Shown: one piece after another, positions 1 to 11,901 of the stretch
Numbering within the stretch: position 1 is the first letter of the stretch
Layout: the number at the start of each line of letters is the position of its first letter
NCBI GenBank assembly: GCA_051942205.1
Contig: JAVECO010000141.1
Coordinates: 1 to 62,665, forward strand
Length of the DNA: 62,665 nt
Direction: 5' to 3'
Origin: Coniocarpon cinnabarinum
Lineage: Eukaryota
Made by a program: the position numbers and the translations under genes
Notes under the pieces: generated by a model
Database searches by the model: none
What the model was told of the DNA's origin: nothing
Seen by the model: only the letters and a program-made list of their open reading frames with translations

Positions 1-1
1 C

Positions 2-3000
2 CCACGAGCTACCCCTAGAGCCACCCCCCGCCCACTCTCCAGGCTCGGCTCCGCAGTACCCTCGAGAACTGGCTCCACGCTTCGACGTCTACCTTCCAAA
101 CTCAACCAGCAGCAGAAAAAACCTCCACCTCGAGTCGAGCCTCCCAAGTCACGTTGTCCGAATCCCGAATGTGAGACACCTGATGTGCAGGAAATCGACG
201 GTCAGCAAACATGTATCAACTGTGGTGCCACAGTCCCGGACTCCAACATTGTGTCAGAGGTGACGTTTGGTGAATCGTCCAGTGGCGCCGCTGTCGTCCA
301 GGGTGGCTTTGTCGGCGAAGGTCAGCGCCATGCCCGCACGCTGGGCCCGGCCTTCAAGCGAGGCGTGCAAGCACGAGCGGGCGAGCAGGCCGAGGGCAAC
401 GGCCGCGAGGAGATTCGCAAGATCGCCCATTTCTTGAACATCAATCGCCAGGACCTTATTGAAGCCGCGGCACGAACGTATAGAGCTGCTGTAATTCACC
501 GCTTTACTGTTGGCCGACGCGTCCGGACCGTCGCCGCTGTCTGTCTGTACTACAGCTGCCGCATGAGTGGAGGCGAGGCGACGGTGTTGCTTATTGACTT
601 TGCCGAAGCTATCAAGGTAAACTGCTTCCGACTCGGCGAAGTCTATCAAGCCTTGCGAAAATGCCTGTTTCATGGCGACAAAACCCAAGAAGAAAAGGAG
701 GCTGAGACAGGGGCCACGGTGGGACGGATGGAGATGATTGAGGTTGAGGAGCTCATCCACCGCTATGCGCAGAAGCTCGAGTTCGGCGACAAGACTCAGC
801 GCGTGGCTAACGATGCCGCTAAAATCATCAAGCGGATGAAGCGTGATTGGATCACCACCGGTCGACAGCCGTCGGGGCTGTGCGGGGCTTGTATTATACT
901 CGCGGCTCGTATGAACAATTTCCGTCGGACAGTCCGTGAGGTCGTCTACGTGGTCAAGGTTGCCAATATGACGATTGGCAAACGTATCGAGGAGTTCAAA
1001 CGCACAGACAGCAGCGCGCTCTCTGTGGAGTCGTTCAGACAAAATGCTTTGAGACTGAAAAAGCAGCACGATCCGCCTGTGTTGTTTGAGGCACGTGTGA
1101 AAGCAATGAAGAAACGGAAACTGCGTGATCTGTACGGGGGCCCAAGAGGCAATCCAGATCAAGTTGATAGTCAGAGTGGAGAGCCAACCGGGCTTGAGCT
1201 TTCACCTCCAAAATTGCGGCGCGACGCAGAGGGCTTTGCCATCCCACCAAAGCCTATTGCGATTGATCCTGCACTTCAAGACTCTCCTCAGACTCCCGAG
1301 CCTATTGTGGACAATGTTGATGCAAACGAAGCCCGCACGCCGTCCAAGTCACCATCGCCTGGGCCCTGGAGGACTCGTGCTAAAGCTCGCAGGGTTCGGC
1401 ATGGAACCACACAACCTGAAGATCCCTCGGCCAATCCTCCCACTCCTACTCCTCCAGCGAATGCCAGACGAGTGAAGGCCATGGACCGACCAGAAATGCG
1501 TATTCTTACCCCGGACGATTTGTCTGAGGAACAAATGCTCGAGAAAGAGATCGCCCAACACATTACCGATAAAACGCTAGCCGAGCATTTCAACGACGTC
1601 AAGTTCAACTACTATGCCGATCGAGCCAAGAAGGCGGCGGACAGCGTCCGCACTGCCGAGCGCGAGCAAAAACGACGAGATATCGAGCGTAGGCGCCAAC
1701 AAGCGGGTCTGGTCATTAATCTGGAAGATGTGGAAGACAATGAGTCTGACAACGAAAGTGACGCGGACGAGAATGAAGAACAGCCCTTTAATCGTGCAAA
1801 CCAAGATCAAGCAGAAGCTGGTGCGCCCGAGGTACGCAGATCGCCAGTCGAAGATGGCGAAAGGTCGTTTTCAGCGCCGGAGCATCGATCAGCTTCACCA
1901 CCACTCCTCACCCCATCAGCTACTCAAACTCAATCCGCGTCACCGGCCCCACATCACGAAACTGGTATTCCGGAAGAGCCAATGATGTCTGGTGGTCTTC
2001 TCACACCAGCTGCGACGCAAGAGCAATCTACGCAGGCTTCTCAATCGCCGCCAGCTCAAAACAGCGAGCCGCCCGAGTTTGCAAGACCCGAAGGATCGCA
2101 GCAGCGGGAAACACAGCCACCTGTCTCCAGACGCAAAGAAAAGAAAAAGCTTGGCCGGTGGGACATTCCCTCCGACCCTGAAATCTCGCCTTCAGAGTTT
2201 GATGACGATCCAGAGGTGAAGTACTGTCGCCTCTCTGAAGCCGACATTCGCATCAAAGAGGTCATCTGGGTGACCGACAACGAAGAATGGCTACGAGATC
2301 AGCAGCGGAAGCAGCTGCGTCGTGCAATGCTCGAAGCAAGAGGTCCACGTCGAAGAAGGGAGGGGTCGGCAGAATCGAACGCGGATCCTGCCGCAGGTGC
2401 CAAGTATGGCAGTGGTCGCGGTCGGAAGAGAGGCTCGACTGGCAAGATGGGCGACGGCCGGATCGTCGAAGAAGGTGGCAAACCGCAGTCTGCTGCTGAG
2501 GCCGCCCATCGGATGATCAATAAGCGTGGCAAAGGCTTCAGCAAGTGGATCAATCATAACGCGCTGAATGATCATTTGAAAGCCTTGTACACGGCGCGGA
2601 GATCCAGCTCGGCGGACCCGACGAGTAGCGGTACAACAAGCGCCCCAGGCGGCGCAAGCCGGCAGGAGAGCGAGGCGCCAAGTGAAGCACCGAGTGAAGC
2701 ACCGAGTGAGGCCAACTCTGTAACACCAAGACAAGAAGAGGCAGCCCCAAGCGATGTCCAATCCGAGCAAATGTTCTGTAACGATAATCAGGAGAACAGG
2801 CCTAATAAGACACCTGCGGAGGCGGGGCAACCCACAGCAGAGTCAAGAACCGAAGAACAAGTCGATGCTGGAGCTGAAGCGGAGGTGGCGCCGAGCAAGG
2901 CCGATGCTGCTGACGAGGAGGAAGATGAAGAGCCCGATCAAGACGAAGAGATGAATGATGCCGGTGACGAACTGGAAGACCTTGTTGACGAGTATGCCGA

Positions 3001-3070
3001 GGACCAGGAAAATGTACAGTATGATGACGATGAAGAGATCGGCTTTGAGGACGAAGATTTCGACATGTGA
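2..3070 (+). CDS. BRF1: RNA polymerase III transcription factor IIIB subunit Brf1 (5' end lies upstream of the window)
   Basis: The frame is open from base 2. TFIIB Zn ribbon CPNPEC...CINCG, then SNIVSEVTFGE...AAVVQGGFV, cyclin-like repeats (MKRDWITTGRQPSGLCGACIILAARMNNFRRTVREVVYVVKV), Brf1 TBP-binding block (EFDDDPEVKYCRLSEADIRIKEVIWVTDNEEWL) and an acidic tail. Confidence 0.95.
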   Translation, partial: PRATPRATPRPLSRLGSAVPSRTGSTLRRLPSKLNQQQKKPPPRVEPPKSRCPNPECETPDVQEIDGQQTCINCGATVPDSNIVSEVTFGESSSGAAVVQGGFVGEGQRHARTLGPAFKRGVQARAGEQAEGNGREEIRKIAHFLNINRQDLIEAAARTYRAAVIHRFTVGRRVRTVAAVCLYYSCRMSGGEATVLLIDFAEAIKVNCFRLGEVYQALRKCLFHGDKTQEEKEAETGATVGRMEMIEVEELIHRYAQKLEFGDKTQRVANDAAKIIKRMKRDWITTGRQPSGLCGACIILAARMNNFRRTVREVVYVVKVANMTIGKRIEEFKRTDSSALSVESFRQNALRLKKQHDPPVLFEARVKAMKKRKLRDLYGGPRGNPDQVDSQSGEPTGLELSPPKLRRDAEGFAIPPKPIAIDPALQDSPQTPEPIVDNVDANEARTPSKSPSPGPWRTRAKARRVRHGTTQPEDPSANPPTPTPPANARRVKAMDRPEMRILTPDDLSEEQMLEKEIAQHITDKTLAEHFNDVKFNYYADRAKKAADSVRTAEREQKRRDIERRRQQAGLVINLEDVEDNESDNESDADENEEQPFNRANQDQAEAGAPEVRRSPVEDGERSFSAPEHRSASPPLLTPSATQTQSASPAPHHETGIPEEPMMSGGLLTPAATQEQSTQASQSPPAQNSEPPEFARPEGSQQRETQPPVSRRKEKKKLGRWDIPSDPEISPSEFDDDPEVKYCRLSEADIRIKEVIWVTDNEEWLRDQQRKQLRRAMLEARGPRRRREGSAESNADPAAGAKYGSGRGRKRGSTGKMGDGRIVEEGGKPQSAAEAAHRMINKRGKGFSKWINHNALNDHLKALYTARRSSSADPTSSGTTSAPGGASRQESEAPSEAPSEAPSEANSVTPRQEEAAPSDVQSEQMFCNDNQENRPNKTPAEAGQPTAESRTEEQVDAGAEAEVAPSKADAADEEEDEEPDQDEEMNDAGDELEDLVDEYAEDQENVQYDDDEEIGFEDEDFDM
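2669..2713 (+). repeat. In-frame 12-bp tandem repeat encoding (SEAP)x3 in the Brf1 C-terminal region
   Basis: agcgaggcgcca-agtgaagcaccg-agtgaagcaccg-agtgaggcc. Confidence 0.8.
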
Positions 3071-3211
3071 TAGCTTCGAAGGCCCCGAGCCGGTCACTTG
3101 ACATATTGTTAATACCAGCCGTGCTTGTACGGATAGATAGAGTCGTGCAATGCGAACATCGCCGTAGGCGAGGATGGACGCTCCCGGATCGTGTCTCTCG
3201 CCACGCCCTTC

Positions 3212-3960
3212 CTACCTCTTCGATAGCTCCTGCTTCACCAACTGCTCTACCACTCGCCCTAACGGTCCAGACGCCAAAGCTTGTTCGTCCCCTTTCAGAT
3301 ATCCCTCCAAGCTCCGTTCGACATACTTTCCTACCATATCGACCTCAACATTGACCTCATCTCCTACACTTTTCAAGGCTGTCACCACCTTCTCCTGCGT
3401 GTAACTAATCAGCATCACCTCGAACCAAGATTCTCCAACCGCCGTGACAGTCAAGCTCGCGCCATCAACAGCCACGTAGCCCTTTTCAATCACATATCGC
3501 AGTAAACTCTTATCCCGCGGCTCAAACCGAAACACAATCGCCTCGCCATCTGGGTTCTTCGCGCTGATCGCGGCAACCGTGTCGACGTGTCCCTGGAGGA
3601 AGTGCCCACCCAGTCGCGTGCCAGGCAGTAACGCGCGTTCCAAGTTCACGGAATCCTGTGCCTTGAGCCGTCCCAGGTTCGTGCGCCGTAGGGTTTCGGG
3701 CGCGATCCCGACTTTGAAGGAGGTATGTGGGGCTGTTTCGGGGATCAGGTGGGTGATGGTGAGGCACGTGCCGTTGATGCTAATGGAATCGCCGAGGTGG
3801 GCGTCTGTGAGGATGGGCGCGGAGGCGATGGTGAGGGTCGTGCCGGTGGAGGGAGTTTCGAGGTGGGAGATGGCTTGGTGGGTCGTTAGTGAATGGTAAG
3901 AGATGAAGTAGGCGTGGTGGGATACTGACTGCCGATCGTTTCGACGATGCCAGTGAACAT
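3212..3960 (-). CDS. RIB5: Riboflavin synthase (alpha chain), 2 exons; intron 3929-3874
   Basis: Diagnostic N-terminus MFTGIVETIG at ATG 3960. After the intron: LGDSISINGTCLT, GIAPETLRRTNLG, VNLERA, RLGGHFLQGHVD, KGYVAVDGASLTV, VNVEVDMVGKY. Confidence 0.96.
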
Positions 3961-4200
3961 CTTGTACGGAATCTGGAATAGATCACGCCGAATATCGTAA
4001 GCTCTATAGGCGATGCGGTATCAGACGAAACGATTGAAGGTAGGAGGTACCGCCGCTAGTGCTGGTGGAGCTTCTGATGGAAAAGATAACATCCGGAGAT
4101 AGGATTTCGGCGATTTCGGCATAGATCACATCCAACCGAGCATCGTCTCTAATTAATCTGATCATTCCATGCATCGCATTGAATACACTCGGAAGTCGCA

Positions 4201-5813
4201 ATGGCACAATTTCTCTGCAGGTCTTGCAGACTGGCTACGTCACGCGCTCTGCGGTCAGACATAGGTGCATCAAGGAACTTAGGTCGTTCCAGACGGAGGT
4301 CTTTCGCTTCAGTATCCAATGGAGTGGACCCCAGCAAGTTGCCATTGGCCGGGGTGAAGGTGCTAGATATGACGAGAGTGCTTGCTGGGGTATGATTGGG
4401 AACAAAATTGCTTGAGTCACGTAGATGCTGATCTCCTGGTCTGTAGCCATATGCCACGCAAATGCTGGGTGACTTAGGGTATGCATAAGATACCCGTATG
4501 GGCTTTCCGTCTTTTTCGTGTTATTGTAGACCGGTTTTGACATTGAATGGTCATCAGGGCAGAAGTCATCAAGATCGAGCATCCCGTTCGCGGTGACGAT
4601 ACCCGAGCATGGGGACCGCCTTATGCCACTTATTCTGCCGATAGTAGTAAAGAAGGACCCGGTGAAGCTGCTTATTACCTTTCCGTACATTGCCACCCTT
4701 TTCATTCTGCTGAAATTATACAGCTGACAAGTTCTTGAGGTCAATCGCAACAAAAAGTCTTTGGGGTTGTCATTCCAGCATCCACATGGCCAAAAAATCC
4801 TTCAGGAGTTGGCGAAGTCATGTGATGTCCTAGTAGAGAACTACTTGCCTGGCTCGCTCAAAAAATATGGACTCGACTTTGCCACAGTATCTCGACTCAA
4901 TCCGTCTTTGATCTATGCAAGTATCACTGGCTATGGACAGAGCGGTCCTTTCAGCAACAAGCCAGGGTATGACGTGATGGTAGAAGGGTCAGTCGTATAT
5001 CTCGATTGCATGTATGATATGCATGAAGCATGCTGACCGTGACGTAGCGAGTTTGGTCTCATGCACATTACCGGGCACCGTGATGGTCCTCCAGTCAAAG
5101 TCGGTGTGGCTATCACAGACCTGACGACAGGTCTTTACACTTCCAACTCCGTGATGGCGGCCCTTTTACATCGCACTAAGAACGGCAATAAGGGTCAACA
5201 CATCGACGTAGCGCTCTCAGATTGCCAACTCGCTTCGCTTACGAACATCGCTTCCTCCGTCCTTGTAACAGGTAAGCCAGACTCGGGCAGATGGGGAACC
5301 GCCCACCCAAGTATAGTACCATACATGGGCTTTAAGACAAAAGACGGCGACATCCTCATTGGTGGCGGCAACGAAAAGCTCTTCGGTATCTTTTGTGATC
5401 GAATAGGAAAGCCGGAATGGCCCAAGGATCCCAGATTCTCTTCCAACGCGGCACGTGTCGCGAACAGAGAAGAGCTCGAACGCTTGATCGAAGCCGAAAC
5501 AACACAAAAGACCACAAAAGAATGGCTACAAGTTTTAGAAGGCAGCGGGATGCCCTATGCACCTATTAACGACGTCAAGGCGAGTCTGGAGCATGAGCAT
5601 AGTCAGGCGAGGGGCATGGTGACAGAGGTCCTGCATCCCGAGTGCGGTCCCATGAAGCTTTTGAACACGCCCGTGAAGTGGAGCGAAGCGCAACCTGGTG
5701 TTCGGAGTGCGCCGCCGACGTTGGGCCAGCATACGGATGAGGTGTTGACGCAGTTGCTTGGAAAGAGCTTAGAAGAAGTGGAAGCTTTGAGGAAAAATGG
5801 TGTTGTGTCTTGA
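4201..5813 (+). CDS. CoA-transferase family III (CaiB/BaiF; succinate:hydroxymethylglutarate CoA-transferase-like), probably mitochondrial, 5 exons
   Basis: Spliced product: LPLAGVKVLDMTRVLAG|PYATQMLGDLG|AEVIKIEHPVRGDDTRAWGPP...YYLS|VNRNKKSLGL...DVLVENY...YASITGYGQSGP...PGYD...LMHITG...PVKVGVAITDLTTG...PPTLGQHT. Arg-rich, acid-poor N-terminus. Confidence 0.93.
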
Positions 5814-6503
5814 ACTTGACTAGATACACAACATCCGGCATGCCGGAAACATGCCTTGGTGAGAAGCGTGATGTTGCGTCAATCGTGTATATACGTCATC
5901 GTGGATGATGTGACCTCACTCAGAAAGCAGGGAGGGTCACGGACAGAAGTCCATGCCGGATCTGAATTTAGGCAGCGAGCCTCTGCAATGATAAATTGGC
6001 GGCTAATAGACCTGTGAGTATACTAGCGGTCTGCTCACAGTTATTTGGGTCGGGAATCGACGTTTCGATATGGTTGAATCTCACGCTGGGACCAATTCAG
6101 AAATTTCCGGGTTTCTGATATTACCGCCTTCTCGCGGCTAGTGCGTGAAGGACTCTCTAGCCAGCTTCAGGGAAACAAAGCTAAGCCAGTAGCAACCTTT
6201 CACATTTGCAATTCTAGGAGAAGGCTCTTCGAAACGATCGTTGGACTGCGGTGATGGCTTGCATTACCATTTCCATCGTGTCCTGCTGACAAGCACATTG
6301 CAGATTAACAACCCCTTGCGCCCATGATCAATTTCAGATGTGGCTTAAACATTCTCCATTGTTTGGATTGAAGCAAGCTCGCTGCAAGGCGTCTGTCTAA
6401 CTCACCACCAGCTGAGGTCATATTTGACATGTATAAAACTCTGAATTGTGTGAAGTGGCTAGGTGCTTTTTACTACTCTTTAAGTGAAATGTGTGGGCCT
6501 TAA

Positions 6504-8368
6504 TTAGCTCATCTCTACGACAAGCCCTTCATCTCCCCGTGCGCGCTCCTTCCATGGCGAATTCAGGTAGCGGCTTCTTTCCAGCGAGCTCTCAATGAGA
6601 TGGGATAGCTTTGTAAGTGAGTAGGGAGGTCCACCACACGCGCGGCTGACAAGCATGCCACAACCAAACCAGGGGATCAGAATTCCCCAAAATCCCGCCA
6701 ATCCGACCAATATCGACAAGAAGGAGTCTGGAGAGGAACTGCTGACCGATATGTAAGCCAAGACGAGGCACACGGCAGCAAATAGGCACGTATCGACAAA
6801 AATGAACCACATCGTGATCCGGAAAAAGCGCGATTCATGGACATCGTATTCCTCGAGAGCGACGTGCCCATCGACACTGCCTGATAGTCAACGATGCAAT
6901 TCATCTCAAATTCCAGTATTGGTCGAGTCTATATGGATTTTGGGTGAGCGTCCGAGATCATATGAGCATACCTTGATGACCGTGTATCGAGTGGCTCCAA
7001 ATCGCGCGCCGGCAAAATATCGTTCACCTCATGGCCGGACGCTGCGGACGACTGAGAACGCTTCGAGTCTAATACATTTAGCTGGATCAATGTGTTTGGA
7101 GAGCTACTATTACCTAACCATATTTCGGAAAAAGAGATAAGAGGAAGTAGTAACATAAGTAGTGGCAGCACCTGACCGAAAGTCATCTGTTCGTCATGGA
7201 AAATTTGAGACCCAATCTTGAGTCTGGAAGATATCTGGAGCGTTCCCCAAAGTAAGTTGAACGTGCACAGTAGAATTGAAAATACCAGAGAGCGGAAAAG
7301 TTCACAAAACGCCAGAGTTGACACAAACGCGATATTAACAAAATTCGACCACACAAGGACCAAAGCCGATTGGAGCTCGCTCCTTCTCTTCTAGACAAGA
7401 CTCCTCTGATCAGTTTTTGAAGGAGGGACAATGGTTTGTCTCGGGCCCACAAGGCTAGCCATGTGGAAGTCGGACCGTGAAGCATGCCATGTGGAAGTTG
7501 GACCGTGAAGCATGCACACCTGATACACAAAGCTGAGAAAGATAACCAGAATGGATGGTATCGTGGAAGCCTGTGTGAGCTCATCGGTCACCCAGGGACC
7601 AAATCTGGACTGCGATGCTTCCCACGCACAGCGTGCTGGAAAAGAATATCCTGAAAACTGAGCGGGCATGTCGACGCCTTCTAGTTTTGCTTCAACTGCA
7701 AACCAGTAGTTGCTTGAAGTTGGTGCAAGGCCAAGCAGTAAGAGGACCAGTAGTAGCACCATGCCGACGAGGCGAATCTTTCGGTGAGCTGAGCCGCGGG
7801 AAGATCGAAATTCCGACCTCAACATCACAAGACAGGATAAGTGGGCACTCGAAGACATCCAAGCAAGATAGACTGCGAGAGTCCAATGGTAGACAAAGAT
7901 AGATCCGAAGTTGGCAAAGCCTGCAATCATGATCGCGATACCAGTGACGAGTTGCTGATCAGCGAAGAGGTACGTCGAGCTGCGCAGAGCGATGCGTTGT
8001 GATGGAGGCCCGGGCGTCTTCCTCATGAGCATGCCGAACATATTCAGGTCTGCTGAATTGAGGGCACCAGGTATCAAGTGCAAATATACAGCTGCACACA
8101 AGAGGCCCAGTGTCGCAAATGCTATTGCGATGAAAGCAGAAATGACCTTTGAAGCTATTAGCGTGGGGGAAGTCAATGGGTCTACCTCTAGCTCGAATGA
8201 GACTCGAGCAGAGATACTCACGCCACGGCCTCCTACGTCAGGATTCGATTCTGGAAGAAGAATGGCATCTGGTGTATCTGAGAACCAAGGGGATTGCAAC
8301 CAAGGGGCGATGTCCTCGCACGATATATTCGTGACCGAGTAAATGGTTGGGGGCGTGTCACTAGTCAT
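6504..8368 (-). pseudogene. Disrupted multi-pass membrane protein of an uncharacterised fungal family (NPDVGGRG|VI...ADQQLVTGIAI...HW...AWMSS..HL...TFGQVLP)
   Basis: Hydrophobic ORF with an in-frame intron at 8221-8147. A 28-bp tandem duplication (7458-7513) shifts the frame and a TAG follows at 7391. The conserved-looking C-terminal TM block (FGQVLPLLMLLLP) continues in 6929-7363. A further hydrophobic segment at 6504-6812 lies in another frame, so the 3' end is uncertain. Confidence 0.65.
7458..7513. repeat. 28-bp direct tandem duplication (1 mismatch)
   Basis: gccatgtggaagtCggaccgtgaagcat / gccatgtggaagtTggaccgtgaagcat. Confidence 0.95.
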
Positions 8369-9467
8369 TCTGGTGTTTGTTGATCATCTGCTGCTCAGTG
8401 GACAAGTTCTGCGACGTGATGGCGAACATCACAAATGAGCAGAGCCGAGTCCATAAGAGAGTTTGGATATAGTGCAACGAAATCCTGCTCGCACAATTGA
8501 GGCACAGGCCACGTACAATGACGTGATCCTGCAGAAAGTCTGGGAGTACAGACCTTGTAGCCGCCGTTGCCTTCACTCGCCTCATGTACTTGAAGCCACC
8601 ATGACGGTACCAACGAGGCTGTGATAGGGCACACTTTCGTGGGTCTCGAGATTGTCGGCTTCGAGGAAAAGTGCCGTACGGCTTCTGCGAGTGGGCTTCG
8701 AGTCAAGTAGAACTACCTGGATGCCCCTTCGAATGTTACAAGCATGCGCGACGCCAGGCAGCTCGAGCCTTACAGAAGTGTAACCTCGAAGAGGTGCATG
8801 GTCTGCGCAATCAGCATAGCCGTTGTCGAGAGGTCATAACCGTTTGAAGGTTTGCCCTTGTTGAGTACAGCAAATCGAGGCACAGCCAAGGGGCACGACT
8901 GACATGTTCCAATCCGTGAATGGGACTTGGACCAGTTCCACTTTGTACTACTCTATTGTATTTGTCCACTATCATGGCGTTAGGCATGTCTTGCCACTGT
9001 GTCTAGAGTATACGTTGCGGACGACACAGTCGCTGTCATGGGCTGTCGTAGAAGCTCTCATATGTCAAGTGGGTACTGCAGTCGTTGACCCACAGAGCTA
9101 CTGAGCGTGCTAGAACCAATTGGTTATAAGCAAGGGTCGAGGACAAAAGTCGTTGCCAGATCTCAGTCTAGGCGGCGAGCCTGTACTATAAGGACAAGGT
9201 AGATCACAAGGCCATGGGTACAACGGCGAAAGCCCCTTTGCGCCTTATGAGATGCCGAGTTCTGGTCCTGCAAGTGCTTTCCCACGAGGCCCTTGACGGC
9301 AACGAGATCACTTTCTCAATCACAATTTGTCAGAACGCCAGCCACACTAGATACACAGGCCGATGCGGTTGGCATGGCAATTTACATTTTGAATCAACAG
9401 ACAAACATCAGAACTCCCGAGGATGACCCCCGCATACGACATTTGGCCGCACGTACTAAGCTGCAGA

Positions 9468-10119
9468 TCAAGGGGGGCAGTCGTAGTTGAGGGATGCATC
9501 TCCTCCCTTCACTATAATGTTGTATCCCTCCTGTAAACATCTTTAGCCTCTTCAACTTCACGCACATATGCATTGAGCAGACACTTACCAGCCAGAGTTG
9601 ATATGCACCGACGAGCGGTGAGGCTGTACTGTCGTCGTTCACACTTTGGCCGGGATTGCATTGTGCGAAGCCCTGGCTGAGATAATCAACGAGCCAGCTT
9701 CCCTGCACGGTATGTTGTGTCTCGGCGTTCATGTCGTTGTGACACAAGCTGATAGATGTCTCTGAGCAGCCGACTTCCAGCCCAGTCAGCTCAAGACACG
9801 TCAAGGGCAAGTCCCGTAACTCACATAGTAAAGTGCATCCGCCAGTTGCCGTGAGCCATGGCTTGGAAGGTATGTCTGGTTTTTGCAACGCTTGGCCGAT
9901 GACGGTCTTATTTGCTTGCGCGTAGTTACCCATGTCGCAGCACAGCTTGCTCAAGTGTTAGCGTGGATGCCGTGTGTCCTCTCTTAATGACTGAAGTGCA
10001 ATGCTTACGTCGTTCGGTTTGCCTCCACACACACCAAATTGGGCGTTCCAGTTCACTGTAGGCGCTTGGCCAAGGGCGACGGAAGCGAACAGGACACTGA
10101 CAGCAAGGAGAGGATGCAT
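9468..10119 (-). CDS. Small secreted cysteine-rich protein (about 159 aa, 8 Cys), effector-like; exons 10119-10009, 9945-9825, 9773-9589, 9530-9468
   Basis: Signal peptide MHPLLAVSVLFASVALG-Q. GTAAGC, GTGAGT and GTAAGT donors with CTAAC, CTGAC and CTAAA branch sites give one continuous frame: ...KPND|LCCDMG...GGCTLL|FGCSETSISLCHND...LWL|EGYNIIVKGGDASLNYDCPP*. Confidence 0.8.
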
Positions 10120-11901
10120 GGCTAATGTCGAAGTGTAGGTCTGTGAGACTGGAATACAAGGACAATACACGGTGGATTTTGTGCAGGAGAAATACTGAGA
10201 AGACGATTGAGAAAGCTGGATGCTGCAGCAACGTCTGTCAGAATGACACTGTACTTATATACCGGCGCGCAGGCGGTATTGCCGCGGGCTCCCAATCTCA
10301 TCATCTCAACAGTTCCACAACCGTGCTTGCCGGCTGTGAGGTTAGATCAGGGCGACAAAGCAGCCACCTTGCTTCTATTTTTTGCAACATCATCATCCGC
10401 GGACTACAATCCATGGCGACCGATGATGCCGCAACACCATGATGCCTCTCGAGGAATGGGCGAGCCGAACGTAGGATTCGTGCACGTCCAGCAGGCCACG
10501 TTTGCTCTAGGTAGTGTTCTTGGACAAGATGTCTCGTCCTTGACGAGCAGCTCATGGGAAATGAATGTGCCAACAGCGCGTGGAATGAGCTCCCGCTTTC
10601 CCGGCAGAAAAGCAAAGTTTCGCAAAGTTGAGGCCCCTCTCTCGTGCTGCGGCAACCTTCAAACCTCAAGAGCCCAAGGAAAGACATAGAAATGCCTTAT
10701 TCATCACGCTTTCTAATCCTTGCCCATTGACGTGAAGCATATTTGCATGGTTGTTTGTTGAGGCGTGTACTTTGCGTCACAGCACTATAATTTCACTTGC
10801 CGTAAGGTGGGCATCTGCCTCCTGAAACTGACACTCACGCGAAACCAACTAGCGCATCGCATCCTCCTTGAGAGTATGCTAATTCTGGGTGGGGCTGTTA
10901 GCTAAGAGCACGCCGTTATCAAAGCGCAGTTCTAGATTCGTGGGGTGGACAAAAGGTGGTCAACTTTCAAAGGAAGCCATGGACATTCTATTTCCTCGCG
11001 TTTCAAGTCTGAGGCTCTGCCGCGACCCTTGGAAGGGGCGGAGGTGGAGTCGCTGGAGCGTCTCAAACGGACGAAAGCCGTTGCCGGACATCTGTCCAGG
11101 CGACAAACCGTACGATGAGATCAATTCGAGTCACAAAGCTATACGTATGATGGCGAGAACCTTTTCTGACTCTGAAGACGCTGAATTAGAATGCGGCAAG
11201 TACTCTCCTACGAGGCCCTTGCCTGTGTGGCGGGAAGCTCGGCAAGGCGGCGCGACGTCTCGGTCCTAAGATATGTCGACGCGTTCTAGGAAGGATCTGG
11301 CACCACTTCAGGCTGGGGAATCCAAAGCCGATTGAGCAGAGTGAAGAATGAAGGGCTGGGAGAGGTCCAGCTCGCACGGCATAGAAGTTGTTCCGGGTCG
11401 TTAGCAACTCTTGGCGTCGCACTGGAGGGATTCTGGCCCCGGAAAATCTTAGTGCCGTTTGCGTCCGACAACTCTTCGAGCGGAGCGTGCCGACATGGAA
11501 TCTTGCATCAACAGCGCACTATTCACTTGTGATCTCGTGTTTTCAGGATGCCGAACAATCGCAGGATGAGTTCATACAAGACAGAGTCCATTTAGCGTCG
11601 ATGGAACGAGTGCCGAAGAGGAACAATAATTGTCGTATATACAAAGCTATGAGGCTGTATTAGGACCTTATCCCACAAGCGCCATACTAGCGACCTTGAA
11701 ACGATGATGCTCAAATTGTCATCTCTGACTTCTCTGCGAGTTCGCATCCGGCTGGCGAGCACGCGAGCTTCTTGATCTAAATGCAAGTGCAGCTATCACA
11801 GTACAATGTGGCCATCAATCCTCACCGAGGCTCGCGGCGACTCGACGTGAGCAATTGGACCATCGCTGGCTCAATCCTACCGACCAGTCGGCCAGTAGAG
11901 T

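Noticed and set aside
254..1162. 302-aa antisense ORF (and similar ones at 14968-15840, 30739-31653, 33352-34008, 41906-42706, 58115-58819)
   Set aside because: These are shadows of codon-biased sense genes, with no recognisable motifs.
6040..6075. TCGATTCCCGACC on the minus strand resembling a tRNA T-arm
   Set aside because: It lacks GTTCG and I could not form a cloverleaf or acceptor stem.
7455..7519. Possible GT...AG intron that would remove the 28-bp duplication
   Set aside because: There is no branch site, and splicing leads to an early TGA, so it does not rescue the frame.
10889..11700. Short + strand ORFs upstream of the HET gene
   Set aside because: No consistent splice model or family motif; at most an unidentifiable relic.
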